Origin: the human T2T-CHM13v2.0 reference genome, Homo sapiens
Length of the DNA: 64,000 bases
Assembly (NCBI RefSeq): GCF_009914755.1
Contig: NC_060925.1
Direction: 5' to 3' (one strand)
How positions within the stretch are numbered: the first letter of the stretch is position 1; each line of letters begins with the position of its first letter. This document shows positions 1-19,880 of the stretch, piece by piece. The notes under the pieces were generated by a model that was not told the DNA's origin, made no database searches, and worked only from the letters and a program-made list of their open reading frames with translations. The position numbers and the translations under genes were made by a program.

Positions 1-110
1 CTTTCAATTTCAGCTTTGTTCCTGATGCACATTCCCTGACTCCCTGGGCAAATCATCCTGCCACTTCTTATTTTCTTTAATTTTTGAGGGTCTCAGGTTG
101 CAAAGCACAT

Positions 111-137
111 TTGTTGTTGTTGTTGTTGTTGTTGTTT
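111..137. repeat. (TTG)n microsatellite
   Basis: Read directly. Confidence 0.9.
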
Positions 138-324
138 TTCAGATGAAAAAAAGCTTGCTGTGGCTGAGTACTACTCAGAATTTTTGGAACACATATGGGG
201 TAGAAAGTGAAAGAAAACACTGGGGAATTTTCCACATATAAGAGAGCAAGTGGTAAGGCTAATTTCAAAAACTCTAAAGATGAAAACCTAATTAGAAAAT
301 AATACTGCAATATAGAAACATGTG

Positions 325-640
325 GGCTGGGCACGGTGGCTCACGCCTGTAATCCCAGCACTTTGCGAGGCCAAGGTGGGCGGATCACGAGGTCAGGAGA
401 TCAAGACTATCCTGGCTAACACGGTGAAACCCTGTCTCTACTAAAAAATTAGCTGGACGTGGTGGCAGGCACCTGTGGTCCCAGCTACTCGGGAGGCTGA
501 GGCAGGAGAATGGCATGAACCCAGGAGGAGGAGCTTGCAGAGAGCCGAGATTGCGCCACTGCCACTGCACTCCAGCCTGGGTGACAGAGCAAGACTCAAG
601 ACTCCGTCTCAAAAACAAAACAAACAAACAAAAAAAACAA
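325..640 (+). mobile_element. AluY-like
   Basis: atcctggctaacacgg and gagcttgcag diagnostics; TSD agaaacatgtg. Confidence 0.9.
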
Positions 641-701
641 GAAACATGTGAAAAGTTCTTTGGATATAGAGACTTTGCTACAAAGCAGTAAAGAAATGCA
701 C

Positions 702-882
702 CTGAGAGGAGAACACCCTTTTCTCCAACCACAGTGTTGAACCCTTGGGGGAAATTCCGGATGAAGGCCACTGCATTGGCCACTTCAGCCACTCTCTGGA
801 TTTCCTCAGCGGTCACAGAGGAAGGGTCATCAGCACCATAAGCAATGTTCTCAGCAATAGAGCAAGAAAACAAAATGGGTTC
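702..882 (-). CDS. ABCB10: ABCB10 exon 10 (181 nt), up to the ABC signature LSG(GQ)
   Basis: atttgtag| acceptor, CAG|GTGCAT donor; [17 protein letters not shown]...[12 protein letters not shown]; later exons are outside the window. Confidence 0.96.
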
Positions 883-1994
883 CTACAAATTGGAAATAAA
901 ACATATCACGAATTTCAAACAGACTTAAAACATGTCTAATAAATTTAGACCTAGCAGTCTTTTTTAAAATTTATGTTTTGCCATGAACAGGATTTTATCA
1001 TCTGTAGTTCTCACCATGCTGCAAGCAATGAGACCTCACAGCAGGTGCCCGCAAGGCACCTGGCACATGGTAGGAACTTTGTAAATGTCAGTCCCCTGCC
1101 TTAGGAATCAGGAGGCACCAGGAGACCCCAAGTCCACCTGCATTTTCCAGCTGCCTGCCTTCCACTCAGGACAAAGCGGGGAATCCATCTCCATCCATTA
1201 CTTTTTGAAATACACACAAACCACATGGGAACAAACAATTCTGACAGAACCCTATGGAGTAGTCCTAAAAAATAAGCAAACTTCCAGGCTCTTTTCTCCA
1301 TCCCTAATCATATACACCACTGATGTCCCTACACTCCTGAGCACCCATCACCATCCACCTGCTCTCACCCAAGTGGAGTGGGGAGAGGATGAGCTAATCA
1401 CAAAGAGAGGTTCAGAAATGGGGGGAGGCTCAGGTTTGTATGCTGTGTGCACAGCCTGGTAATAAAAATTAAAACAGCTGCAGCAACATTTCCCTGCCCC
1501 AAAGGGTCTTGTGAAAATGGCCTTATCAAAGTGACCACATTACATTAACACTCTGCTTTGAAATCTGCAACTTCTTTGCAAGGAGGACTCTGGCTCTTGC
1601 CATAGTCTTTGCTCACTTTTCCCTGAAACTCATTATGCAGAATAGTAGACTGTGGCTGGTGATGAAAATGGGAAGTGGGGAAGAATCAGTAAAAGCTAAA
1701 AAAGAGTCAATAAAATCTTCTATCATTTCCTCCCCATCCTCTAGACTATCTAGTAATGGTAGTCTCCAGCTTTCAATAAAAAGTCAATGCTTCACCCTTG
1801 CTCAAACATTTAGGGTTTTCAGGAAACAGCGCTACTTGCAAACCTAAACAACCTGCCATGTGAGATGAGCTTAATACATCCCAAAGACTTCCATTCCTTC
1901 TCTCTTGAGAAGTTCGAGACAAAAAAAAAAAAAAGCAAAAGACAAAAGTAATTTTAAAAGAAAGTGAAATAGAAATGGAAGCCTCTCTTCTTAC

Positions 1995-2074
1995 CTGACT
2001 CACTGTCCCAATTTTGGATCTCAGCCACACTGGGTTTAGCTGACGGATGTCATGGCCATCAAGACTAATAGTTC
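1995..2074 (-). CDS. ABCB10: ABCB10 exon 9 (80 nt), ends at the Q-loop glutamine
   Basis: ctctcaacaag| acceptor (AAG type), CAG|GTAAGA donor; [27 protein letters not shown]. Confidence 0.95.
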
Positions 2075-3085
2075 CTTGTTGAGAGGAAAGGAAAGAGTCA
2101 CTGAGTGTGATGAGGCTGATGACCAACACAGAAAGGATCCGGTGGGAAAATTCCAGACTCATTTTTTAAAGATCAAAATGTACTGAAAATCTCCAGATGG
2201 ACTCTAAAACTAACATATTTCATGAAATTTCAGAGCTAAAAGGGACTTTCTGGATTGTCCAAGTTATTGTCTCCCGATAGTAGCTGGATGACTATCTCAC
2301 CGAGTCCATCTGTCCAGCTTGCCTTCCTGTACTCCGGAGGTTGTAGGGAGTTTTCCCAAAACTCCCTAGTGACTTAGGATTCCACCGATAAGATGCACTT
2401 GTGCAAAGCTTTAATTCAGAAGGGAGGGGCAAGCCATGAGGCATCCACTTGCTGGCACGAATACTGGCAGAGGTGGCACAGCTCTGAAGCTGGCATTCAT
2501 GACAGCAACTGCCTAAATTTGTAGCTTCCTGACCATGCCAGTGTCAGCAGCTACCTTGAAGGCCTGGTTCTGGGGTGGAGTTCTGCAAACTGTCCTGGAA
2601 GTACAATCTAGAATCTATTTTGTCATTCCTGCCAGTGATTTTTGAGCTCTTTTATTACTCCTTAAAATATCCCTTTCTGTAATAAGCTTAGTTGGTGAGG
2701 AATCTGTTGTCTGCAACTAAGAATCTGGTCGATACCATGGCAGAGCTTTTAAATAATCAGACGCTATCTTTATGACTTTTGCTAACAGAATTCTTCACAT
2801 TGAGGGTGCTCAACAAAACTTGGTGATGATGACAACAGTGACAGCATAAGAAATGCCATTTCTTCTCAGTTAATGTTGTGGAATTATAGAAGCCAGCTGG
2901 AAATGTTCACAAACTGGCAAAAACTTGAGGTCTTTGACGAAAAAGCACAAAGCTCTTTATAGACTACACATGGCAGACATTTAACTGCAGTTTGCTTTGT
3001 CCTGGATTTATTCATTGTGATGAAGAAACTAGAGACTCAGTATTTTTACTTGAATTACAGCAACCTAAATAGGATTTTTTTTGGT

Positions 3086-3590
3086 CTTTTTTTTTTTTTC
3101 CTTTTTATGGAGAACAAGGTCTCACTATATTGCCCAAGCAGGTCTCAAACTCCCGGGCTCAAGCTATCCTCCCACCTCTGCCTCCCTAAGAGCTGAGATT
3201 ACAGGTGTGAACTACTGTGCCCAGCTAACTAGGATTTTTTTAAACTCCAAATTTTATAGCAAGTGAATGGTGAATCAAGAAAGTGATTCCAGAGACAAAC
3301 AATGTAGTAAGCCCCATTTTAACACAGGTGGTGATTCCATGGGTCAGGATTTGCAAGTCACATATTTATCTGACATGTAACCAGCTCTCACATTGTTTTA
3401 ACCAAAAAGCATAAGCACAAAGACACAAAACATTCATTTTTTAAATTACAGAATTTTTTTTTTTTAATAAATAGTGACAGGGTCTCACTATGTTACCCGG
3501 GCTGGTCTCCAACTTGTGGCCTCAAGTGATCCTCCCACCTCAGCCTCCCAAAGTGTTGGAATTACAGGTGTGGGGCTCCACATCTGGCCA
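3086..3590 (-). mobile_element. Two antisense Alu monomers (FLAM-like; about 3086-3230 and 3453-3590)
   Basis: Left-arm Alu sequence with polyT heads. Confidence 0.8.
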
Positions 3591-3771
3591 AAATATTCTT
3601 TCTAAATTCATGATTTGATTTTTACTAAGAGTTGTTTGCTTGCTGACATTGTTGTCTACTACAGGGAAGATAGAAGTAAAATCATGTGCTCTTTGCTCTT
3701 AAAGATGTTATAATCCAGTTAAAAATAAAATAAAAACTAGAATGAGAAAAATCATCCATTAAGAAAATCCC

Positions 3772-4459
<688 letters not shown>

Positions 4460-4956
4460 TCACTGATGGCCAAGTTAACTGTGTGCACAATAAGCATTCA
4501 ATGGCTCACAGGCAGAGGCAGAGGTTCTCCAGGAGCTCCCTATCACTCCTGCGCCCAGCACGCGCACTGGCACACGGTGGTTCTCCAGGGTGCTGCTGGA
4601 GCACCCCAGGCACTCTGTCCTGGCTGCTGAGCACAGCCTCGTCCACCTGCTCCCAGTAGAGGGCATGTCCAGAGGAGATACCCGCATGGGAGATGAGGAG
4701 GTAGATCTGGGGAAGTCACTCTGGGCTTGAAGAGGTAGGACACATTACACACAAAAAGCTCTAAAGGCCTCTGTATGAGCTGTCATGCCCCTGCAAATGA
4801 CACCTTCTGTTTGAGGGATTTCTTTCCACTGGCACTTAGAAAAGAAGGTACTCTACAAAATAAGGTATTTGCATGGTTTGAGCATCTCCTAGGGCGCAAA
4901 AGTGGGAGCAGAGCTCGGGAGAGTCCCTCGGTGCTACAGTGTGGTGAACTGCTTAC

Positions 4957-5166
4957 CAGAAGCAGGGTCGTACAACCTCAGCAGGAGTGAAAGCACTGTT
5001 GATTTGCCAGAACCACTTGGGCCAACCAGTGCCGTGACAGATCCTGACGGAATGGAAAGGCTGAAATCCTGAAATATGGGCACCTCTGGGCGAGCTGGAT
5101 AGGCAAAATGCACGTTCTTAAACTCCAAAGCACCCTGGAAGCTTTTCTCATTTAAGATGACCCCCT
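4957..5166 (-). CDS. ABCB10: ABCB10 exon 8 (210 nt), nucleotide-binding domain with Walker A
   Basis: tgtttcag| acceptor, CTG|GTAAGC donor; [15 protein letters not shown]...[11 protein letters not shown] (P-loop). Confidence 0.98.
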
Positions 5167-6393
5167 CTGAAACATAAAATGGAATATTAATTACTTACAG
5201 CAAAAAATTAAACTCAAAAGCTGAACTCGGTTCTCCTACTCATCTGGCTATGGATGGGTGACTCCACCACAGCTAATCCTGGTATATGAGCTCTTAAAGG
5301 GCAAGTCAGAAGCAAACCTAGGCTAAATGCTTACCACGTGCCAACTCTGCACCTACTATGTCCAAGGTACTATATACGTAGACGGTCTTACTTGATCCTT
5401 ACAACCCTGAGAGGTAGAAATTATAATTCCAATTTTGCTGATGAGGACATTGAAGACCACAGACAACAACCTGCTTAAGCTAACAAGTAGTGGAGTTAAG
5501 ATCCACCCTTGTTAGTCTGGTTTCAAATCCGATGGCCTTCTCTCTATGCCACTGCCTCTGTGTAGCTCCAGAGTTTATCTTACCTACCCGGAATAAATAT
5601 TTTGGAAGAGTTATGATGAAACGGGGAGCGCTGCACAGCAGCCGCAGAACTGGAGGGGTCAGAGGTCTGTTCTGCCCTGGTGTTCACCTACTGTGCTTTG
5701 GGAGACACTACTGAAACTCTCTCAGCTGGACCTATTTCCTAGGCCTATCACATTGGAGAATATTGGGCTTTCATTTATGGACCTGGGGCTACCTGACAAT
5801 GTCCTAGGAAGTCAATAAGCAGCTGGGAGTGGTTACTACTCATAGCCATTTCTCCTGATTCCTGGCTAGTTGGTTTAGGCCCTACAGCTCCAGGGAAGTC
5901 ACTGATAAGGAAGGAGATGGCTCCAGCCAATGAGTACCAGCCTCCCCTACCCCACACCAAAATGCCAAGAAACTTAGATATTTTCTTATGTCTGATTCCT
6001 CCTCCCTTATTCCCACCCTAGCCCTCCACAGAGATGTCAGAATCACTAGGGAAGATCAATTTGGTAAACTAGCTGGGACACAGCCCTGGGCCACACTGAC
6101 TTCCATCCTGCCCTTTGCGGTAACACCCAGATGGAGGGAGGGGAACAGAGGGCAGCACACTATGTGGCCAGCCCATGCATCCAGGGACACCCTGGCCCAC
6201 AACAGTGCCCCAGCAGCTGTCCCACCCCCTCTCATAGAAAACCTGACCACCTCCTCACCCGGCCCGCCATGCAGCAGGAGCCACATCCTTACTGTGGCTC
6301 ATCCCTCACTCCCTTGCAGACAGGGGAAGAGCTGGTCTCATTGTTCAAAGCCACATTTGTTAATCCTAGCAAAGAAACAATTTTCAGACCCAC

Positions 6394-6489
6394 CGTTAAA
6401 AGGCAGCTTGGGCTCTCTCTCCAGGAGCTCCCAGAGGCGCCCCCCTGCACCCAGTCCTTTCATCAGCTCCGAGTAGAAAGAGCTCAGAC
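6394..6489 (-). CDS. ABCB10: ABCB10 exon 7 (96 nt)
   Basis: catcctcag| acceptor, ACG|GTGGGT donor; [32 protein letters not shown]. Confidence 0.95.
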
Positions 6490-6622
6490 CTGAGGATGAG
6501 AAGCAGAATCCACACACATGTCCATCACTGGCACTGGCACTGGCCACCACTCCTCTGAGAGGAGTGACAATGATTGCTTTTAATATAAAATCTGTTATTA
6601 ATATTTTCAAAAAACAACTTGA

Positions 6623-8183
<1,561 letters not shown>

Positions 8184-9162
8184 GAACCATTTAACAACTT
8201 AAACCCCAAATGCAATGGTCTACATCAAATGTGAGGACATACATTTGTAACATTTTCCCTCAGTGAGGATGCTGAAAAAATACAATTCAAATATTCTATA
8301 GTATGAATATTTATGCAAGATACAATGGACTAAAATTTTTAGGCTGAATTAAAAATGCATTTGGCAAAAATAGACCCCCATAAACAGTCAACTGATTTTT
8401 GACACAGAAGCAAACGCAATACAATGGAGATGCAACGGCAATATACATATTATCTTTTTAACAAATGGTTCTAGAACAACTGAATATCCACATGCAAAGA
8501 AGGAATCTAGACACAGACCTTACACCTTTCCCAAAAACTAATGTAGAGTGAATTACAGACCTAATGTAAAACACAAAACAATAAACTCCTAGAAGGCAAC
8601 CTAGGAGCAAGTGTAGATGACCTTGAATTTGGTGATGACTTTTTAGATACAATACCAAAGGTACAATCCATGAAAGAAAGAAGCTGGACTTCATTAAAAT
8701 TAAAAATGTATGCTTTGCAAAAGACAATGTGAAAAGAAGAGGACCAGCCACAAACTGGAAGAAAATATCTGTAAAAGACCTATCCAATAAAGGATTGCTA
8801 CCCAAAATATACGAAGAACTCTTAAAACTCAACAATACGGAAACATGAAGACTTACTTAAAAATGGTCAAAAGTCCTGAACAGACAACTCACCAGAGAAA
8901 ATATACAGAGAGCAAATAAGCATATGAACAGACGCTCAACATCATATGTCATCAGGGAAATGCCAACTAAAACAACAATGAAATACCATGCATCTATCAG
9001 AATGGCTAAAAGCTAGAACACTGACGCCACTAAATGCTGGGGTGGATGTGGAGCAACAAGAACTCTCATTCCTTGCTAGTGGGGATGCAAATGGGACACA
9101 CACTTTGGAAGGCAGTTTGGGAGTTTCTTACAAAACTAAAATTTTTTTTGTAAGAAAAAAAT

Positions 9163-9957
<795 letters not shown>

Positions 9958-10452
9958 AAACATATTCTTACCATCCAATCAAGCAGTTATACTCCTTGGT
10001 ACTTACCTAAATGAGCTGAAAACTCCTATCTACACAAAAACCTACACATGGATGTTTATAGCAGCTTTATTCATCATTGCCAAAACTTAGAAGCAGCCAA
10101 GTGCCCTTTAGTAGGTGAATGAATAAACTGTTGTACATCCACACAATGGAATATTATTCAGTGCTAAAAATAAATGAGCTATCAAGCCATAAAAAGACAT
10201 GGAGAAACCTTAAATGCATATTTCTGTGAAAAGAGCCAATCAAATGCTACATACTGCAAGATTACAAATATATGACATTCTAGAAAAGGCATAACCATGG
10301 AAACAGTAGGTTGCAGAAGGGTGATGAATAAGCAGAGCTCAGAGGATCTTTGAGGCAGTAAAACTACTCTGTATGATACAGTAATGTTGGATACATGTCA
10401 TTTTGCATTTGTCCAAACCCATAGAATGTACAACACCAAGAGTGAACCCTAA

Positions 10453-12659
<2,207 letters not shown>

Positions 12660-14224
12660 TAATTCAAGTTGTTGGATTAAATTCCTATCACCTTAGGCAT
12701 CTATGTTATAAATGTGGAAGAACTGGTGGCAACAGATGTACACTGACCTACCCATATTTTCTCTTATCCCTCCTCGCACCAGATGGCAGATCCTGAACAA
12801 GACAGTTGACCAGAGTTGTGGGCTAGCCTGTGGTTAAGAAAGCCAAATTACCCAATCTCTGCACGCAGACAAAGCCTTAGCAGCACCTCCCATAACCAGT
12901 GGTGGTAACTGACTATAGCAATGGATTAGAACTGTGTTTTCCAACCCATTCTGTGCAAGGCACAGTTGTGAATTTGTCCGTTGTGAACAGAGAGGGCAAT
13001 AGAACAACCACAAACAGAAATAACGTCTATCATGCCAAATGATTCAGAGGAGGGAAGAGGAGGGGCTGAGAAAGATCATGTCTAGCATGGCAGAAAACAT
13101 TAAGATGAGGGGAGGCCAGGGAGGAAACCTGGAACGTGAACAGAAAGGCCAGGGAGAGGGGAAGTAGGGTAGGTAGTCCACTTGAAGGAGGACAGAAGAC
13201 CTAGGGGAACAGGACCACAACAGGGTGTGAAACCTCCAGCCCAGCAGGCTCAATCCAGGAAACGGAGAGGGAAGAGCTACATACTGTCTGTGGGTCCTCC
13301 TGAACCGGTCCACCTTCTCGTTTCCCAAACCAGCCAGCACCCCAAAACATCTTAAAATCAGTTTTTATTTAAGACCAGCCAGCAGAACTAAAATGCTTTT
13401 TTCAGGGGTCTCTGAAAATCTCATTCCAGAAAAAAATCCTCACTTGCCTGCAGATGTCTACGGAAATGCCTCTACCTTCAACAATTAGACAGATACAAAA
13501 CCCTGAAAATAAAACTCTCTGGTTGAGGCAACACCATAGGATACCTGATAATGTTCCATTAATCAGACCTTAAGCTACTTACCTGACCTTTCCATCTTGA
13601 TTTTCAAAGACAAGAAGGGAAACAAAAACCAGGAAATCATTTGTCCCAAGTTGACTGGGGATGCATTCCTGTTTTCCTTTATCCGGGAATGAAAAATAAA
13701 AGCTGAACTCTCACAGATTCTTAATAAAAGCAGGCAACTCTGTTTCATACACTTGATAATTTATAAATATTTTTTGATTGCTCATTAATTTTGAATATGG
13801 TCGACTTTGTGCAAAAGGAATTTTATTCTCCACTGATTTGCCAATCACGAAACCATGACTAACACAGGACTATGGGTTTCTGTGTCCACACTTGCTCAGC
13901 GCCGCCCTCCTCCTGCCTGCACCTGTGAGCAAGTGAACAAATGGTCTGAAGACACAGGCTGGGAAATAACCACTCCAGAGCGATGCTGAGCTATAAGAGG
14001 CCTGCAAAGATCCCCAAACTTCCCAACCAAGGAGCTGTTTGCTCACCTGCTGGGGAGGGTCACACTCATTTTACTTCTTTAAAAGCCCAGTTGGAATAAT
14101 AACATTCTAGGAAATGCTTTTTCAGTGGAAGTTAATTGAAGTAATGTGAAAGTTCAGTTTCTCTTTCAGAAATGATGCTCTGATTTTTAATTTGTAACAC
14201 CCCAAGCCTATTTAAATTATTTAC

Positions 14225-14360
14225 CTCCAATGCTTATTCCAACCCAGAAAGCATACATTAGGAAGGAAGAGAGTTCACCCACGGTCATGTGGGCACTGCC
14301 CATCAGCAGCCCTCCTTTGTACAGGACAGAAAGCACGATCAGGTTTCCGGAGAGCCCAGT
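14225..14360 (-). CDS. ABCB10: ABCB10 exon 6 (136 nt)
   Basis: cattcgacag| acceptor, GAG|GTAAAT donor; [45 protein letters not shown]. Confidence 0.95.
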
Positions 14361-15374
14361 CTGTCGAATGAAGAAAACACAGAAGTCAGGTGGGAATCAA
14401 GGACCCAGAATGTGAAAAGCATGAACACGGCCTGTAATGTCCCTTTTTCATTCAACTGTCACAGCAAGATTTTTCCAAAATATTAATTTCACCTGAGTTT
14501 CAAATTAAAAATGGTTTTGTAATATTGCAATAATGAAGAAAACAATCTCATCACCATGAAAACCTATAAGCTAAGTCTCCCATCAGATCCTGATTTTATC
14601 CCATCTACTCAGTTTGCAAAAGATAAAAGTAATATTAAAGGTTCCTTCCCTAACTAGAGGAAACAAATAAATATCTACTGTATAGGTTTATATAATATAA
14701 TCAGATGTTCTGGGCAAGGACACCAGCCTGAGGAGCTGGACTCCTGTATGTATGGCCTGCTTTTACCATGGTTACGTGTGTGGTTGTCTTAGGTATAGGG
14801 GAGGCCTTCTCCGGGCCACTGCTCCTTATCTGTTAATCATAGCAATGACGGAATTGCCTCTGAAGTTCTTTTCAGTTTACACATATCTGGAATTTGCCCT
14901 CATGGTGATTTTCTATTTCAGTGTCCTATTTGAGTGCATTGTGATTGATTTTTTGTACTTGTTTCTTGAAACACACTGAGGTGATTTTGGTTAATCCTTA
15001 GACTTTGCTGGCATCAGAATGACCTGGAAGGCCTGTTAAACAGATTGCTGGCCCCAGTTTCCTACCCAGCAGACCTGGGGTGGAGCTGAGTCTTGGTGAG
15101 GCAGACCAGTGCTCAGGCAAAGCTGATGCCGCTGGCCTGCACCGCACAAAGAATCAGTGCCCGATCACACCATGCACTGACTTTTCTCTAAGGACATTTA
15201 CTTGTTTCTTCCTTTTTCACAAAAATATTTTAAAGAAAGTCATTCTTGGCCTTGAAATTAAGACTAAAATTTTAAAAATTAAAATTATTTTCTACTTATG
15301 CTGAGCACCACAGAATAAAACTCTCACCATTCTAACATTTGCCAATTTTACTTTTTCCAAAGTGATCTACTTAC

Positions 15375-15521
15375 TGCTCCAAAGAAACCAGCCCGGGCGA
15401 ATGCCTCTTTCCTTGCTAACTGCATTACATGGTCCACTTTGCTGGCATATTTCTCGATTTCAGTCATTTCTTTCCCAAAAGCTCGAACAGTTCTTACATT
15501 TCCAATACGTTCCTCAGCTAG
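15375..15521 (-). CDS. ABCB10: ABCB10 exon 5 (147 nt)
   Basis: ttctcccag| acceptor, GCA|GTAAGT donor; [25 protein letters not shown]...AGFFGA. Confidence 0.97.
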
Positions 15522-15951
15522 CTGGGAGAATAATAAATACATTTCAGGAGGAGAAGGGTCATATTTCAAGAGCTTCTAAGAAGGAAAAATAAAATGTGGT
15601 TCTCATTTTGTTATTCATTAGAAAGAAAAGAAAAGAAATAGTGATAGTAAGAAGTGAGAACTCCACAAAAGACACTATCAATGGAAAGCCACTCTTGATA
15701 CATGACTAAGTCAAAAAAGAGTGACAAAGCAGAGTATACAAAACAATCCTAGTTGTGGGGGAAAAAAATCTATACCTAAACATATCAGAAAAACATAGAG
15801 GCAGAAAAACAGGAGTATATGTAGATGCAGAAATGCATTTTTATGCAGAGAAAAAGACAGACTCCAAAATGTTAATAATGTTAATTCGAAAAGACAGGAT
15901 TATGCGTGTTTTTGTTTTCTCTCTTTATATTTTCAAATTTTTCAACAATAA

Positions 15952-16755
<804 letters not shown>

Positions 16756-17005
16756 AATAGTGATAGTAACAAGTGAGGACTCCATAAAATGTTTAGTGAA
16801 GTTAGATCTACTTTGAGATATGGGTAGAAATCTAGTCTAGAAAACAGAGTAGTTTAAGTTTCATGGATCTTGGGGTAATTTCTAATGAAAGGAAAGGCAG
16901 GCACTTCATTGAAAAACCTAAGTACATCCCTTAGGATCTGCCCTCTAGGATCCTGGCTATGACCCCATTCTGCTGGAAACCACGCGGACAGGAAGGGGCC
17001 TTTAC

Positions 17006-17140
17006 CTGAGTGGCTTGTGCCAGGGAATCCTGAGTGACTTTGGTCAGTTTCCGTAGATATCGCCCATAAATTACAGCAATGATTGACACTGGAGGCACCA
17101 CGCTCAAAACAAAGGTGGCCAGATTAGGTGAGACAAAAAA
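17006..17140 (-). CDS. ABCB10: ABCB10 exon 4 (135 nt)
   Basis: ttttgacag| acceptor, CAG|GTAAAG donor; [45 protein letters not shown] (not in the ORF track, read by hand). Confidence 0.95.
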
Positions 17141-17217
17141 CTGTCAAAAACAAAAAAAAATTCAGAGGTGTTTGTTACATTGGGTGGCAAGACATTCTCA
17201 TTACCTACGAAAGGGGA

Positions 17218-17251
17218 GTGTGTGTGTGGGTGTGTCTGTGTGTGTGTGTGT
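17218..17251. repeat. Imperfect (TG)n microsatellite
   Basis: Read directly. Confidence 0.85.
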
Positions 17252-17598
17252 TTAAATTAACAGCAGGCTTGAAGGTACTGTCCCCAAGTTGTTACATCCT
17301 GTTTTGATGGAATTTTTCAGACATCTTTATTCTTCACAAAACCCCATAAATATTCAGCATGCCACATAGAAGAAATGTGACAAGAAATTGCTGAAGAAAG
17401 AATCCTCAGGCCAATACTAGATCAGACCACGCGGTTTAACAACAGAGTGGGAAGAGACAGGATGGGGGTTTGGCAGAGGCCCATTCTGCTCCACGCTCCA
17501 GTCCACCTCAGGAGTTGTATATTCAGGTCTGAACCACCTGCAGGCACTGAACAACCACAGCAACACGTCCCATCAAAATGACCAAGATGGTGAAGTCA

Positions 17599-17980
<382 letters not shown>

Positions 17981-19412
17981 TTAGAGCTGCTTTTATGGCT
18001 CAGTGGACTGAAGTCAGCAGGATGGATCTGGGCTCAATATACTGAGGAGCTTCTAGCAATTGGAATTGCTGAAAGAATAACCTAACTTCTGGAAGTAAGT
18101 AACAGAGGGTTTTCCTGTCAACATTGCAATTTGGTGATTGTACTTTCAATAGTACTGGCATCTCTTCGACAAATTACTAAAATCTACCATATCTCATTTG
18201 CACAGAAAATAGTATAATCAGTACACGGCTAAATAATACTAAGGAAAAACTGCAAACTGAAACATAAGTGGATGGATCAACCAATCATTCACTCATTCAT
18301 TTACTCATTCAACAAGTTATTACTGAGAGCCCACGTTACTGAGTGCAAGCACTATTCCAGGCACCTGGGAGATAACCAACCCTCACAGAGTTTTCATGCA
18401 AGAAAGAAGAGGTGAGACTTAGATAATAAACAAGTAAAAGAAAGAGAAAGTATCACTGCAGATGTAACACAATCTTGGAAGACCTCTCCCCCAAGAGGGA
18501 AGAGCCATTGCATAAAGGCCCTGAGGCAGAAAGGAGGTTGGCACCTTCACAGAGGAGCAAGCAGATGTGCATAGGAATGTCCCACCCTGAGAAGACAAGT
18601 CCATCAGGACACCTGGGGTGAGTCTTGGGGAACATAATCATATCTCTGATGGTCACCATCAGGACATGAGACCAACAGGGCAGGTCTAACACTTCTGGGG
18701 CCTGAACACAACTGATGTCAAAATGAACCAACTGGACAGGTGTCCTCTGTGTAGGGCAGGCACAGTCCATCAAGATTCTCCTAGAACTGTCCAGAACCAC
18801 CCCCCTCCCTTCACTCTGGTTCCACACTTAATGAAAAACCTTCTGATGACTAATACAGGGTGCTGGCACCATAATGAAGTGTTTTGAATAGCAGAAATGG
18901 GCTAGGCATAGTGGCTCACGTCTGTAATCCTAGCATTTCGGGAGGCTGAGGCAGGCGGATCGCTTGAGCCCAGGAGTTCAAAACCAGTGGGCTGGGCAAC
19001 ATGGTGAGACACTGTCTCTATAAAAAATACAAAAATTAGCCGGGCATGGTGGCGCACGCCTGTGGTTCCAGCTACTCAGGAGGCTGACGTGGGAGGATCA
19101 CTCGAGCTCGGGAGGCAGAGGTTGCAGTGAGCCAAGATGACACCACTGCACTACAGCCTAGGCAACAGGGTGAGACCTTCTCTCAAAAAAAAAAAAAAAA
19201 AAAAAAAAAGGAATAGCAGAAACACAACTTAATGGTGGGTAGGCCCACTATGTAAATTAATAAATTGGCAGTATGCCATACACAATATCAGGTTCTCATA
19301 ACTGGACTTCCCCTATGTCAGGTCCATGAGTTTGTGCAGGAGAAACAAAGTCACATTTCTGATCCCCTAGAGCCAAAGATCAGATCCTAGGTGAAGCCAC
19401 TTCCTGAGGCCC

Positions 19413-19880
19413 TTTTACAGACTGAATGGAAATTCCCCCTGAAATTCACATGTTGAAGCCTTAATCCCCACCATGGCTGTATTTGGAGATGGGGCCTCTA
19501 AGAAAGTAACTAAGGTTAAATGAGGTCGTTAAGTGTGGGGCCATGATCCAATAGGATTAGTGTCCTTATAAGAGACACTAGAGCACACTCTCTCTCCACT
19601 ATGTGAGCACATGGCAAGATGGCAGCTGCCTACCAGCCAAGAGAAAAGGCCTCAGAATGAAGCTATTTTGCTAGCACCTTGACCCTGGACTTCTAACCTC
19701 CAGAATTGTGAGAAATACATTTCTGTTGTTTCAGCCAAGCCACAAGAAAAGGCCTCAGAATGAAACTATTTTGCTAGCACCTTGACCCTGGACTTCTAAC
19801 CTCCAGAATTGTGAGAAATACATTTCTGTTGTTTCAGCCACCCAGTCTGTGGTATTATTATGGCATCCCAAACAGACCCC
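19413..19880 (+). mobile_element. MaLR LTR (MLT1A-like)
   Basis: Typical motifs: tgttgaagccttaatcccc, aggttaaatgaggtc, ccagaattgtgagaaatacatttctgttg. Confidence 0.75.
19635..19840 (+). repeat. 103-bp tandem duplication inside a MaLR LTR
   Basis: 19635-19737 is repeated at 19738-19840 with about 3 differences. Confidence 0.92.
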
